From: Candidatus Multivoradales bacterium
Lineage (GTDB): Bacteria; Acidobacteriota; Thermoanaerobaculia; Multivoradales; JAHEKO01
Direction of reading: 5' to 3'
Length of the DNA: 64,000 nucleotides
NCBI GenBank assembly: GCA_965223855.1
Contig: CBDCXM010000009.1
Coordinates: 448,001 to 512,000, forward strand
The position numbers and the translations under genes are program-made. Below the pieces are notes generated by a model. It made no database searches. It was not told the DNA's origin and saw only the letters and a program-made list of their open reading frames with translations. Positions 8,986 through 20,266 of the stretch are shown here, piece by piece (the first letter of the stretch is position 1; every line of letters begins with the position of its first letter).

Positions 8986-9061
8986 TGGTAGCGCGTACGG
9001 GATTCGAACCCGTGTTACCGGCGTGAGAGGCCGGCGTCCTAGACCCCTAGACGAACGCGCC
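8986..9061 (-). tRNA. tRNA-Glu (anticodon CTC)
   Basis: Reverse complement GGCGCGTTCGTCTAGGGGTCTAGGACGCCGGCCTCTCACGCCGGTAACACGGGTTCGAATCCCGTACGCGCTACCA folds as a cloverleaf with GTTCGAAT T-loop and encoded CCA. Confidence 0.97.
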
Positions 9062-9195
9062 ACGGACCGCGAAACCTAACAAAGTCGCTCCGCCGGTTGC
9101 AAGCCCGACCGGTCCCGTAACCCCTTCCCCCGGCAGGGTTTTCGCCCTACTTGCATCACCCTTCGCCGGCCTGCTCCGGTGGTATCCTGCGCGGC

Positions 9196-10740
9196 GTGAA
9201 GCGCCGGTGGTCCCTGCTCGTCGTTGCTGGTGCGCTGCTCGTCGGGCCGGGCCTGGCGCCGGAGCGCTCGGGCCTTCATGCCGCCGAGACGGAGGCGGAG
9301 GAGCGGCTGCCGCTCTACAGCACTTCCGGGGTGCTCGAGATCGCCGGTAGACGGGCTCCGCTCGCGGTGGCGATGATGCCGCTGGGGCCGCAGTTCTCCG
9401 TTCGCCAGGCGGTCGAGGCGCTCGGCGGCACCCTGACGGTCGGTCCGCTGCGACAAAGTCATGAAGTCGAGCTCGACGGCGTCGACTACCGCTTCGGGCC
9501 GGACAGCTCCGCGATCACGGTCGGGCAGGAGATCTACGAACTGCGGCAGGCGCCAGTGCGCACTCCCGAGGGGCTCCACGTGCCGCTCGAGCTGCTGGAG
9601 GCGATCTACGCCGAGTCGTCGGGCCTGAGCTTCCTCTGGTCGCCGGGGGAACGCCGCCTCATCGTCACTCGCGCCGGCTCGCAGACTCTGCCGGTGGCGG
9701 TCGACGTGGTGCATCTCCAGGGGGTGAGCACCCTGGTGCTGCAGTTCCCGCGGCGGCCGCGCTACCGGATCGACGACGGGCTCCCCGGGCGCGTGACGGT
9801 CCGCATCCTCGGCGATCGGCTCGATCCACCGCTCGCCACTCCGGCGCTCGACGAGGGGTATCTCAGGAGCCTGCGCTTCCGCGACCAGGAGATCGTCCTC
9901 GATCTGTCGAACGGCGCCGCCGCCGAGAGCTACGAGCTCTCGGACCCTTATCGTCTGGTGTTCGACATCTTCCCGGGGGCCGCGGCCTCGACCGCCGGCG
10001 GTGAAACTCCGGCACCGACGCCGCCGCGCCGCACCCGGATCCCGACGATCGTCATCGATCCCGGTCATGGCGGTAGCGACACGGGGGCGGAGAGTGCCGA
10101 CGGCCTGATCGAGAAGGACCTGACCCTGCGCCTGGCGCGGATGCTCCGCACCAGGCTGCAGTCGCGGCTGCCGATGCGTGTCGTGCTGACCCGCGACGAG
10201 GACGCCGACCTGCCGCTCGAGACCCGGGCGGCGATCGCCAACCAGCTCAAGGCGGAGTTCTTCATCTCGCTTCACCTGAACGCCTCGTTCGGCAGTTCGG
10301 CGCACGGCGCCGAGACCTACTTCCTGAGTCTCGAGGCGAGCGACGAGCGGGCGCAGGCGGCCGCCGACGCCGCCAACCTCGGCGCGGAATCGACACCCGG
10401 CAGCGGCCTGAGCGACCTCGAGCTGATCCTGTGGGACATGGCGCAGAGTCAGCACCTGGCCCGCAGCCAGCGCCTCGCCGGGATGATCCAGGAGGAGCTC
10501 AACCAGGCGCTCGGGCTGCGCAACCGCGGGGTCAAGCAGGCGCCGTTCGTGGTGCTCAACGGCGCGGCGATGCCCGCCGTCCTGGTCGAGTTCGGGTTCC
10601 TCTCGAACCCCGACGAGGTCCGGCGCCTGCGCGACCCGGAGTATCAGAGCGAACTCGCCGACGCGATCGCGCGCGCCTTCGTCCGCTACCGTGCCCCCGG
10701 CACCGTCGCGGACGGCGGCGGCGTCGAGGTTCCCGAGTGA
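9196..10740 (+). CDS. N-acetylmuramoyl-L-alanine amidase (Amidase_3, AmiC-like)
   Basis: Signal peptide, IVIDPGHGG, EKDLTL, VVLTRDED, FISLHLNA, PAVLVEFGFLSN; GTG at 9196 preferred to the ORF-track start 9151. Confidence 0.93.
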   Translation: MKRRWSLLVVAGALLVGPGLAPERSGLHAAETEAEERLPLYSTSGVLEIAGRRAPLAVAMMPLGPQFSVRQAVEALGGTLTVGPLRQSHEVELDGVDYRFGPDSSAITVGQEIYELRQAPVRTPEGLHVPLELLEAIYAESSGLSFLWSPGERRLIVTRAGSQTLPVAVDVVHLQGVSTLVLQFPRRPRYRIDDGLPGRVTVRILGDRLDPPLATPALDEGYLRSLRFRDQEIVLDLSNGAAAESYELSDPYRLVFDIFPGAAASTAGGETPAPTPPRRTRIPTIVIDPGHGGSDTGAESADGLIEKDLTLRLARMLRTRLQSRLPMRVVLTRDEDADLPLETRAAIANQLKAEFFISLHLNASFGSSAHGAETYFLSLEASDERAQAAADAANLGAESTPGSGLSDLELILWDMAQSQHLARSQRLAGMIQEELNQALGLRNRGVKQAPFVVLNGAAMPAVLVEFGFLSNPDEVRRLRDPEYQSELADAIARAFVRYRAPGTVADGGGVEVPE

Positions 10741-11303
10741 CGCAGCGCCAGGGGATTCTCTTCGTTCTCGGCTTCGTCGTCGTCGGCATCGTGGCGGGCA
10801 CGCTGTGGACCCGCCGGGCGCGGACGGTCGGCGGAGACGAGGAAGCACCTCGGGAGCAGCTCGAGGTGGCGGTCGAAGGGTCGGTGAGCCTCTACTTCCC
10901 CGGCAGCGACGGGCGGCTTCACGAGGAGGTTCGCGGCATCGACACCGGGGTGGAGGGGGCGGCGCTGGCGGTGCGGGTGCTCGAGAACGTGTTGTCGGGA
11001 CCCGACGCCGGGGAGCTGTTCGCACCGCTGCCGGAGTCGACCACCGTCGGCGGCGCTTTCCTGGCCGCCGACGGCACCCTGTACCTCGATCTCGCCTCGA
11101 GCGAGCACGCGACCCCTCCGGTCGCGGGCTCGCAGCGCGAGATCCTGGCGGCCTACAGCCTCGTCAACTCGGTGTGCGCCAACGTGCCCGGCGTGCAGGC
11201 GGTCGCCCTGCTGTGGAACGGCGAGCAGCGCACCACCTTCGCCGGCAACCTCGACACCACCCGACCGCTGGTGCCGAACCGGCGCCTGGTGGCCGCCGGT
11301 TGA
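10737..11303 (+). CDS. GerMN domain-containing membrane-anchored protein
   Basis: GTG overlaps the amidase stop; N-terminal TM, LYFP, L.GP, YSLVNS..N..V..V.LL.NG...TFAGNLD; typical amidase-GerMN-murI-rph context. Confidence 0.85.
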   Translation: MTQRQGILFVLGFVVVGIVAGTLWTRRARTVGGDEEAPREQLEVAVEGSVSLYFPGSDGRLHEEVRGIDTGVEGAALAVRVLENVLSGPDAGELFAPLPESTTVGGAFLAADGTLYLDLASSEHATPPVAGSQREILAAYSLVNSVCANVPGVQAVALLWNGEQRTTFAGNLDTTRPLVPNRRLVAAG

Positions 11304-12094
11304 GCGGCGCCGACGCCCCGATCGGGGTCTTCGACTCCGGCGTCGGCGGCTTGACCGTGGTCGCCGAGCTCGAGCGACGGCTGCCCGGCGAGTCGATCCT
11401 CTACCTCGGCGACACCGCCCGCCTCCCCTACGGATCGAAGTCGCCGCAGACGGTGCGGCGCTACACCGAACGCAATCTGCGGTTCCTCGCCGAGCGCGGC
11501 GTCAAGGCGGCGGTGGTCGCCTGCAACACCGCCTCGGCGCTGGCGCTCGATGAGCTCGAGACCGCGCTGCCGGTCGTCGGCGTGGTGCATCCCGGCGCCG
11601 CTGCCGCGGTCGCCGCGAGCCGCGGCCGGGTGGGAGTCCTCGCCACCGCCTCGACGACCGACTCGGGCGCCTACCCCCGCGCCATCGCCGCCCTCGACCC
11701 CGCGGTCGAGGTCTTCCCCGCCGCCTGCCCGCTCTTCGTGCCGCTGGTCGAAGAGGGGTGGCACGACGACCCGGTGACGCAGCAGGTGGCACGGCGCTAC
11801 CTCGAGCCGCTGCTCGAGCATGGCGTCGACACGCTGCTTCTGGGGTGCACGCACTATCCGCTTCTGGCGCCGACGCTCGCCGCCGTCGCCGGGCCCGCGG
11901 TCGCGCTGGTCGATTCTGCGGCGACCGCCGCTGCCGCCACGGCCGAGGTCCTGGAAGACCGGGGCCTCCTCTCGACCGGCGAATCGACCGCTTCGCACTT
12001 CTGCCTCACGGACGTCAATCCGCGCTTCCGTCAGCTCGCGCGCACGATCCTCGACCGCCCCGAGCTGACGTTCGAGTGGGTCGACGTCTCGTGA
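11300..12094 (+). CDS. murI: Glutamate racemase
   Basis: PIGVFDSGVGGLTV, GDTARLPYG, VACNTAS, LLGCTHYP; TTG start overlapping the upstream stop. Confidence 0.97.
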   Translation: MSGADAPIGVFDSGVGGLTVVAELERRLPGESILYLGDTARLPYGSKSPQTVRRYTERNLRFLAERGVKAAVVACNTASALALDELETALPVVGVVHPGAAAAVAASRGRVGVLATASTTDSGAYPRAIAALDPAVEVFPAACPLFVPLVEEGWHDDPVTQQVARRYLEPLLEHGVDTLLLGCTHYPLLAPTLAAVAGPAVALVDSAATAAAATAEVLEDRGLLSTGESTASHFCLTDVNPRFRQLARTILDRPELTFEWVDVS

Positions 12095-12109
12095 GCGTAT
12101 GATCCGCCG

Positions 12110-12919
12110 ATGAATCAGACCCGACCGCATGGGCGCGCCGTCGACGCACTCCGCCCTGTCGCCATCGAACTCGACCCGCTCAAGTACGCCGAGGGCTCGG
12201 CCCTCATCTCGATGGGCGACACCCGGGTGCTGGTCGCCGCGTCGCTCGAACGCCGCGTGCCACCGTTCCTGATCGACAGCGGCAAGGGGTGGGTGACCGC
12301 GGAGTACGCGATGCTGCCGCGCGCCACCTCGACCCGCAACCGGCGCGAGGTCAAGAAGGGCCGCCAGGACGGGAGGAGTGCCGAGATCCAGCGCCTCATC
12401 GGGCGGAGCTTGCGGGCGGTGTTCGATCTCACCGCGATGCCCGAGCGCACCCTGACGATCGACTGCGACGTGATTCAGGCCGACGGAGGGACGCGCACCG
12501 CCTCGATCACCGGCGCCTACATCGCCGCAGCTTCGGCACTCGCGAAGGCCGTCCTGACCGGCGACGTGGAGCGCTGGCCGCTGGCGCGGCAGATGGCGGC
12601 CATCTCCGTCGGCGTGGTCGACGGCCGGCCGTTGCTCGATCTCGAGGCGGTCGAGGATCAGGCGGCAGACGTCGACATGAACGTCGTCGCGACCGCCGAC
12701 GGCGACTTCATCGAGGTTCAGGGGACCGGCGAACGCGGGACGTTCCCACGCACCCAGCTCGACGAGCTGCTCGACCTGGCACTCGCCGGCATCGGCGAGC
12801 TGTGCCGTCGGCAGAGCGAGGTGCTCGCCGATCGGCTCGCCGAGCTGCGGGAGTTCGAGAGCCGCCCGCGGCGCAACGCCGAGCCGCGCGACGAGAAGGA
12901 CCTCTGGGGCCGACCGTAG
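12110..12919 (+). CDS. rph: Ribonuclease PH
   Basis: [54 protein letters not shown]. Confidence 0.97.
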   Translation: MNQTRPHGRAVDALRPVAIELDPLKYAEGSALISMGDTRVLVAASLERRVPPFLIDSGKGWVTAEYAMLPRATSTRNRREVKKGRQDGRSAEIQRLIGRSLRAVFDLTAMPERTLTIDCDVIQADGGTRTASITGAYIAAASALAKAVLTGDVERWPLARQMAAISVGVVDGRPLLDLEAVEDQAADVDMNVVATADGDFIEVQGTGERGTFPRTQLDELLDLALAGIGELCRRQSEVLADRLAELREFESRPRRNAEPRDEKDLWGRP

Positions 12920-12933
12920 TCGGCGGCCCCAGG

Positions 12934-12972
12934 CCCCGGAAGAACCCCCCGGAAGAGCCCCCCGGAAGAGCC
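12934..12972. repeat. 13-bp tandem repeat x3 between convergent genes
   Basis: ccccggaagaacc ccccggaagagcc ccccggaagagcc. Confidence 0.8.
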
Positions 12973-12982
12973 CGGCCGGCGC

Positions 12983-13990
12983 CTACAGAACGGTGCCGAG
13001 AACGTCGATCTCGAGCAGCGGCTGCAGGGCGTTGGTCGTCGGGATCGTCACCTTGCCGGAGAAGCCGCCCTTCGGCATGTCTGGATCGAGGGTGAGCTCG
13101 AGCCGGAAGCGCTGCCCCTCCTCGACCACCTCGAGCTTCGGCACGACGCCGGTGATGCTGCTCGTGACCTCGCCGAGGGAGACCGCGGTGTCGCCCAGGT
13201 TGCGCACCTCGAGCACCTGGGTGCGCGCGGTCGCCGGATCGCGGCGTCCGAAGTCGGCGACTCTCGGCAGCACCGCCACCACCGGGCGGACGAAGCCCGA
13301 CACCGGGATCTTCATCTGCCGCAGCCGCGGATGGGAGATGTCGAGCATGACGAAGTCGGCAAACCCGCCCTCGGGCGCGTTGCGATCGAGCGACACCTCG
13401 ACCACCCACTGACGGCCGGGGCGGCCGGACAGCCGCTCGTCGTCGGTCGCCTCTCGGACCTCGACGTCGACGAAACCGAGCGGCGTCCGCGCGGAGTTGA
13501 CCTGGAAGTCGCCGGGCTCCTCCGACCAGACGATCTGCTTCGCCGGCTCCGCCCCCTTGCCCCGCACGGCGAGGAAACGGGCGTAGCCGGGCTCGGCATC
13601 GACGTAGGCGCGCACGTCGGCCTTGATGACGAAATCGAGCTGTGGGTTGCGCGGGTCGCTGGTGAAGACCTGAACGCTCTTGGCCGTCGGGCCGCGCAGG
13701 CTCTTGGTGCTCAGGGTGACGGCGAGCTGCCCGGTGGCGCCCGGGGCGATGCGATCGTCGTACGAGGCGACGGTGCAGCCGCAGGCCGCCTTGACGTCGG
13801 TCAGCTCGAGGGTCTCGTTGCCGTCGTTGCGGATCTCGAAGGTCTGCTCGACGGTCTCGCCGCGGCTGACGATCCCGACGTCGACCACCGACTGGCCGAG
13901 CACCGCGCGCGGCTGGGCGCCGGCGGTTCCGACACCCCCTGTGACAAGGGCAAAGAGGGTCGCAATCAGGGTGATCGAACGTCGTCGCAT
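12983..13990 (-). CDS. DUF1573 / Ig-like domain secreted protein
   Basis: Signal peptide from ATG 13990 with GGAGG upstream; FEIRNDG..L....V..ACGCTV....IAPG motif. Confidence 0.85.
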   Translation of the reverse strand: MRRRSITLIATLFALVTGGVGTAGAQPRAVLGQSVVDVGIVSRGETVEQTFEIRNDGNETLELTDVKAACGCTVASYDDRIAPGATGQLAVTLSTKSLRGPTAKSVQVFTSDPRNPQLDFVIKADVRAYVDAEPGYARFLAVRGKGAEPAKQIVWSEEPGDFQVNSARTPLGFVDVEVREATDDERLSGRPGRQWVVEVSLDRNAPEGGFADFVMLDISHPRLRQMKIPVSGFVRPVVAVLPRVADFGRRDPATARTQVLEVRNLGDTAVSLGEVTSSITGVVPKLEVVEEGQRFRLELTLDPDMPKGGFSGKVTIPTTNALQPLLEIDVLGTVL

Positions 13991-14045
13991 GCCGTAGAGC
14001 CTCCGACCGCCGATGCTACACTGCGCCCGTTTCGCGCCCCAACCC

Positions 14046-15449
14046 ATGACGCCGCTCGACATCCACCTGATCGCGATCGGCGGCACCGGGATGGCCCCTC
14101 TCGCCTGCCTCCTGAAGGAACAAGGCCACCGGGTGCGAGGCTCCGACGGGCCGCTCTACCCGCCGATGAGCACGCTGCTCGCGGAAGCGGGGATCGAGCC
14201 GTTCGTCGGCTACCGGGCGGAGCATCTCGAGCCGGCTCCCGACCTGGTGGTCGTCGGTAACGCCCTCCGGCGCGACAACGAGGAGGCGACCGCCGCCCGT
14301 GATCGCGGCCTCGAGCAGCTCTCGATGCCCGAGGCGCTGGCGCGCTTCTTTCTCGCCGACCGCAAGCCTCTGGTCGTCGCCGGTACTCACGGCAAGACGA
14401 CGACCTCGTCGCTCGCCGCCTGGGTCTACTCCGCCTGCGACCGCGACCCCGGGTTCCTGATCGGCGGCGTGCCGCAGAACCTCGGCGTCAGCTTCGCCGC
14501 CGGCAGCGGCGAGCGCTTCGTCATCGAAGGCGACGAGTACAACGCCGCCTACTTCGATCGCGGCCCGAAGTTCCTCCACTACCGGCCGGAGACGGCCATC
14601 TTGACGAGCGTCGAGTACGACCACGCCGACCTCTACGACTCACCGGAGGCGCTGCTTGCCGCCTACCGCAGGCTGGTCGAGATCGTCCCCGCCGACGGCA
14701 CGCTGGTGGCGTGCGGCGACGCACCCGGCGTGACCGGGCTCGCGGCTTCGGCAGCCTGCGAAGTCGTCACCTACGGACTCGAGACGACGAACGACGTTCA
14801 CCCGATCGAGATCGAAGAACTGCCGGCTTCGACTCGCTGCCGGGTGGTCGCAGGCGGCGACCCCGCCGTCCCCCTCGAGTTCGGCGTCACCGGACGGCAC
14901 AACCTCCAGAACGCGATGGCGGTGTGGGCGGCGGCGCGGCGGGACGGGGTCGCGCCCGAAGCGATCGCCACCGCGATGAGCGAGTTCCGGGGCGTCCAGC
15001 GGCGTCAGCAGGAGCTCGGCACGGCGGCAGGTGTGACCGTGGTCGACGACTTCGCCCATCATCCGACCGCGGTGGCGGCGACGATCCCGGCGCTGCGCCA
15101 GCGCTACCCCGGACGACGGCTCGTGCTCGCCTTCGAACCCAGGAGCCTGACGGCGGGACGGGAGTGGTTCCACGCCCCGTATCTGCAGGCGTTCGGCGGC
15201 GCCGACGCCGTCTTCGTGGCGCCGATCTTCCACGCCGCCCGGCTGGAGGACGACGAACGGCTCGATCTCGAGCGGCTGGCGGCCGATCTCACCGTCGCCG
15301 GCACGCCGGCCTTTGCCCCGACCTCGATCGAGCAGCTCAAGCTGGACCTCCAGGCGTTCGTGACCGCCGGCGACGTGGTGGTGACGATGTCCTCGGGCTC
15401 GTTCGAGGGGCTTGGCCATGCGCTCCTGAGCGCTCTCGAGCCGGCCTGA
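14046..15449 (+). CDS. mpl: UDP-MurNAc:L-Ala-gamma-D-Glu-meso-DAP ligase (murein peptide ligase)
   Basis: IHLIAIGGTGM, YPPMST, VAGTHGKTTT, FVIEGDEY..AYFDRGPKFLHY, DDFAHHPTAV, FEPRS. Confidence 0.93.
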   Translation: MTPLDIHLIAIGGTGMAPLACLLKEQGHRVRGSDGPLYPPMSTLLAEAGIEPFVGYRAEHLEPAPDLVVVGNALRRDNEEATAARDRGLEQLSMPEALARFFLADRKPLVVAGTHGKTTTSSLAAWVYSACDRDPGFLIGGVPQNLGVSFAAGSGERFVIEGDEYNAAYFDRGPKFLHYRPETAILTSVEYDHADLYDSPEALLAAYRRLVEIVPADGTLVACGDAPGVTGLAASAACEVVTYGLETTNDVHPIEIEELPASTRCRVVAGGDPAVPLEFGVTGRHNLQNAMAVWAAARRDGVAPEAIATAMSEFRGVQRRQQELGTAAGVTVVDDFAHHPTAVAATIPALRQRYPGRRLVLAFEPRSLTAGREWFHAPYLQAFGGADAVFVAPIFHAARLEDDERLDLERLAADLTVAGTPAFAPTSIEQLKLDLQAFVTAGDVVVTMSSGSFEGLGHALLSALEPA

Positions 15450-15544
15450 GGAGGGCCGTCGGGCGGCGTCCCGGAGTCGATATCGGGCGGCCGATCCCTG
15501 TGCTACCATCCCGGCGTTCCCGCCGTTATCGGCCTGATTCTCCA

Positions 15545-17596
15545 ATGACTTACCCTGGCGATCCCAAGCTGTCGGACGAGATCCGTCGACGGGTGGAGGA
15601 GACCTTCGCCCAGTCGCAGCAACTCGCTTCCGAGGGCAAGCAACAGGAAGCGACGCTCGGCTGCGAGTTCGTGCTGCGGCTCGATCCGCTCTTTGAGCCG
15701 GCGCGCCGGCTCATCGACCAGCTCGCCGGCGGCGAGACGCCGAACGGGGAGGGAGCGGCCACCGAAGCTCCGGCGAGCGAGCCCGCCGAGATGCCGATGC
15801 CGGACTTCTCGGCGCCGGCCGGGGAGGCCGGGGACGGAGATGCATCGGACAGCGGCGCTCCCGACATCTGGAGAGCCGACACAGGCCCGACCGAGGGCGA
15901 ACCGTCGGAGGCAGCGCCCACCGAGAGCGAACAGACGGGAGGCGCTTCGCCGCTCGAGAACTTCGACCTCGAAGCCGAGATCGACGATCTGCTCGATCGC
16001 CGCGACTTCCGCACCCTGATGAGCCTTGCCGAGGATCATCAGGCCGCCGTTCAGGCGAATCCGGATCTCGTCGCCAAGGTGACCCAGGCGGCCGAACGAC
16101 TCGAGGCCGAGCCGTACATGCGCGAGTTCCTCGACAACGCCGAGCGCGCCCAGCGCGAGGGTCGTGCCGAGGAGGCGGCACAGCTGATCGCCAAGGCGCG
16201 CGAGCTCGATCCCTCGCACCCGGCCTTGCCGCCGGAAGCGCCTTCGAGCCAGTTCAACGAAAGCAACGATCGCATCCGCGAGCTGCTCGAAGAAGGTCAG
16301 GCGTCGATCGATCGCAAGGACTACCAGGGTGCGATCGACTCCTGGTCGCGGATCTTCCTCATCGACATCGATCACCCGGAGGCGAACAAGCGGATCGAGA
16401 AGGCGCGCCGCATGAAGGCCGAGAGCGAGCGCCAGATCGAAGAGGCGTTCCACGAGGCGGTCTCGCTGTGGGAACTCGGCACCACCGACAAGGCGCGCGA
16501 GCTGTTCGAGAAGGTCCTCGAGCTCGATAGCGGCCACGCGGGTGCGAAGGAGTACCTCGATCGGATGGACGCGCGCCAGGTCGGCGAGATTCTCGACGCA
16601 CCCGACCCCGAACCCGGGCCCGCGGCGGGATCGATCGAGGGACTCGATCTCGGCGCCTCGGATGCCGAGATCATGATGCCTCCCGATCCCGGCGCGCCTG
16701 CGCCGGGCGCCGCCGGCAGCGTGACCGGGGCCGGTTTCGACGACTTCGAGCTGGACGCGGGGGTCGGCGAAGCCGAAGCTCCCGCGAAGCAGCCCGCCGC
16801 CAGGCGCGGCGGGCTGCTGCAGAAAAAGTTCCTCACCATCGCCGGGGCCGGTCTCGCGCTGCTGCTCGTCCTGCTGGCCGTGGCGTACTGGAAACGAGAC
16901 GCGCTGCTGCCGAACTCCGACGAAGCAGTGGGGAGCGCCAGACCCGACATCCTGGCGCGGGCGCAGAAGCTCCACGACCAGGGGCAGACTTCCATGGCGA
17001 TCGGTCAGCTCAGCCGGCTGTCGACCGACCACCCGCAGTACGCCGAGGCGCAGTCGCTGATCGCTCAGTGGGAGGCACCCGACGAAGAGGTGGCCGACGA
17101 GCCGCAGGGGCCGAGCCCGGCCCAGATCGCCGTGCGCGACTCGAGGGTGGCGAGCGCGCTCGCCGCACGTGATGCGCAGGAGTACCTGCTCGCCGCCGAG
17201 CTGTTGGACGAGGCGGCGGAGAGCGCGCCGCTCGAAGCCGAAGAGGAGCTGATCCTCGAAGAGGTCCGGCAGCGCCTCGCGCCTCTCGATTCGCAGATCG
17301 AGATGTACCGTCAGGGAGACTGGGAGTTCGTCCTGCCGGAGCTCTGGCGGCTCCATGCAGACGCTCCCGAAGACCGCGACATCATCCGCCTGATGGTCAA
17401 CTCCTACTACAACCTGGGGATCCGCGACCTTCAGCGCGGCGACGTCGTAGCGGCGGACGAAAAGCTGGAGCGCGCCGGAGAGCTCGACCCCGAGGATGCC
17501 GGCGTCGAGCGGCTGGCTCGTTTCTGTGACACCTACGCAGACCGGCCGGCGGACCTGCTCTACCGCATCTTCGTCAAGTACCTCCCGTTCCGGTGA
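15545..17596 (+). CDS. TPR-repeat single-pass membrane protein
   Basis: ATG 15545; helical TPR-like repeats on both sides of one TM (LTIAGAGLALLLVLLAVAYW), acidic linkers. Confidence 0.8.
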   Translation: MTYPGDPKLSDEIRRRVEETFAQSQQLASEGKQQEATLGCEFVLRLDPLFEPARRLIDQLAGGETPNGEGAATEAPASEPAEMPMPDFSAPAGEAGDGDASDSGAPDIWRADTGPTEGEPSEAAPTESEQTGGASPLENFDLEAEIDDLLDRRDFRTLMSLAEDHQAAVQANPDLVAKVTQAAERLEAEPYMREFLDNAERAQREGRAEEAAQLIAKARELDPSHPALPPEAPSSQFNESNDRIRELLEEGQASIDRKDYQGAIDSWSRIFLIDIDHPEANKRIEKARRMKAESERQIEEAFHEAVSLWELGTTDKARELFEKVLELDSGHAGAKEYLDRMDARQVGEILDAPDPEPGPAAGSIEGLDLGASDAEIMMPPDPGAPAPGAAGSVTGAGFDDFELDAGVGEAEAPAKQPAARRGGLLQKKFLTIAGAGLALLLVLLAVAYWKRDALLPNSDEAVGSARPDILARAQKLHDQGQTSMAIGQLSRLSTDHPQYAEAQSLIAQWEAPDEEVADEPQGPSPAQIAVRDSRVASALAARDAQEYLLAAELLDEAAESAPLEAEEELILEEVRQRLAPLDSQIEMYRQGDWEFVLPELWRLHADAPEDRDIIRLMVNSYYNLGIRDLQRGDVVAADEKLERAGELDPEDAGVERLARFCDTYADRPADLLYRIFVKYLPFR

Positions 17597-18297
17597 GCGA
17601 CGAACCTCTCGAGCTTCCGCTCTTCGAGTCCGACGACACGCCCTCTTCGGACGAGGCGGGCGACGTCGATCCCGACGTCGTGGTCGTCGAAACGATCGAC
17701 CTCGACGCTCCCGAGCCGGAAGCGACGCCGCCCTCGGCCACGGAGGATGCACTCTCCTCGACCCTCATTACCGGCGAGCTGAACCTCGACGCGGTTCGCA
17801 ACCCCGAAGACGACGACAGGAACGAGGATGGGGACCCGGAGGGAAGCTCGGGCGGCGAAGAGGAGGACAACTTCGACCCGCTCCTCGCCACGACGCTCCC
17901 GCAGAGAAAGCCGGCTGGACTCGTGGCGCGTCTCGTCGCCGGGTCGATCGACCTCGTGGTGCACGTCGCGACCGCCGGCCTCCTGATCGCCGGCGCCGAC
18001 CAGCTCGGAGTCGAGGTGCAGCAACGCCATCTCCTGCCGCTCGCCATCGTCATGGCGGCCTTTGCCTTCGTCTACCACCTCGTGCCGCTGACGTTCTGGG
18101 GGCGCACCCCCGGCATGGCGGTGACTGGGCTGCGTGCCCGCGCCGAGGGCGACCTGCCGGTCTCGATTCCGCAGGCCATCCGCCGCTTCGTCGGCGTGAC
18201 GGTGACCGTGGCGACGGCCGGGTTGGGAACCCTGCTGGCGCTCTCCGGCCGGTCGCTGGCCGACCGGATCAGCGGCACGTGGACCTGGAAAGCGTGA
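17593..18297 (+). CDS. RDD family membrane protein
   Basis: Acidic N-terminus then RLVAGSID, G.TPGM...GLR, DRISGT pattern. Confidence 0.85.
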   Translation: MSDEPLELPLFESDDTPSSDEAGDVDPDVVVVETIDLDAPEPEATPPSATEDALSSTLITGELNLDAVRNPEDDDRNEDGDPEGSSGGEEEDNFDPLLATTLPQRKPAGLVARLVAGSIDLVVHVATAGLLIAGADQLGVEVQQRHLLPLAIVMAAFAFVYHLVPLTFWGRTPGMAVTGLRARAEGDLPVSIPQAIRRFVGVTVTVATAGLGTLLALSGRSLADRISGTWTWKA

Positions 18298-18380
18298 TCT
18301 GGTCGGCGTGACCCGAGAAACCTGACCCGGAAGGCCCGACCGGCCTCGGGTTGCGGGTCGGCCCCTGAGCGGCCGGAACG

Positions 18381-18773
18381 TCAGCCGGCGAGGCGCGCCT
18401 GGACGCGGGCCCGCCGCAGTGCCTTCTCGCGCTGAGCGAGGGCGATCTCGTCGTTCGCCGGCAGCGCCTGCGCCTCGGCCATCGCCGCAGCAGCACTCTC
18501 GCGATCGAAACTCTCCGGATCGCGGGCATCCTCGGTCAGCACCGTCAGCCGGTTGTCGACCATCTCGGCGAAGCCGCCGTCGACGTAGAGCGACGTCTTC
18601 CCTTCGGCGGTCTCGGCGCGCAGCAGTCCTACGTCGAGCTTCACCAGCAGCGGCGCGCGATCGCGCAGGAAGCCGATCTCACCGTCGTGCGCAGGCAGCG
18701 TGACCGACGTCGCCTCGACGTCGAGCACCGCCTCCTCGGGCGTGACCACACTGAGCGTGAACGTGCCGCTCAT
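18381..18773 (-). CDS. atpC: F1Fo ATP synthase epsilon subunit
   Basis: SVVTPE, LPAHDGEIG, VDGGFAEM, C-terminal helix pair; last gene of atp operon. Confidence 0.95.
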   Translation of the reverse strand: MSGTFTLSVVTPEEAVLDVEATSVTLPAHDGEIGFLRDRAPLLVKLDVGLLRAETAEGKTSLYVDGGFAEMVDNRLTVLTEDARDPESFDRESAAAAMAEAQALPANDEIALAQREKALRRARVQARLAG

Positions 18774-18793
18774 CGTCTGCCGGCTTCGGCCCG

Positions 18794-20251
<1,458 letters not shown>

Positions 20252-20266
20252 CTATGGGCTTCGCCG

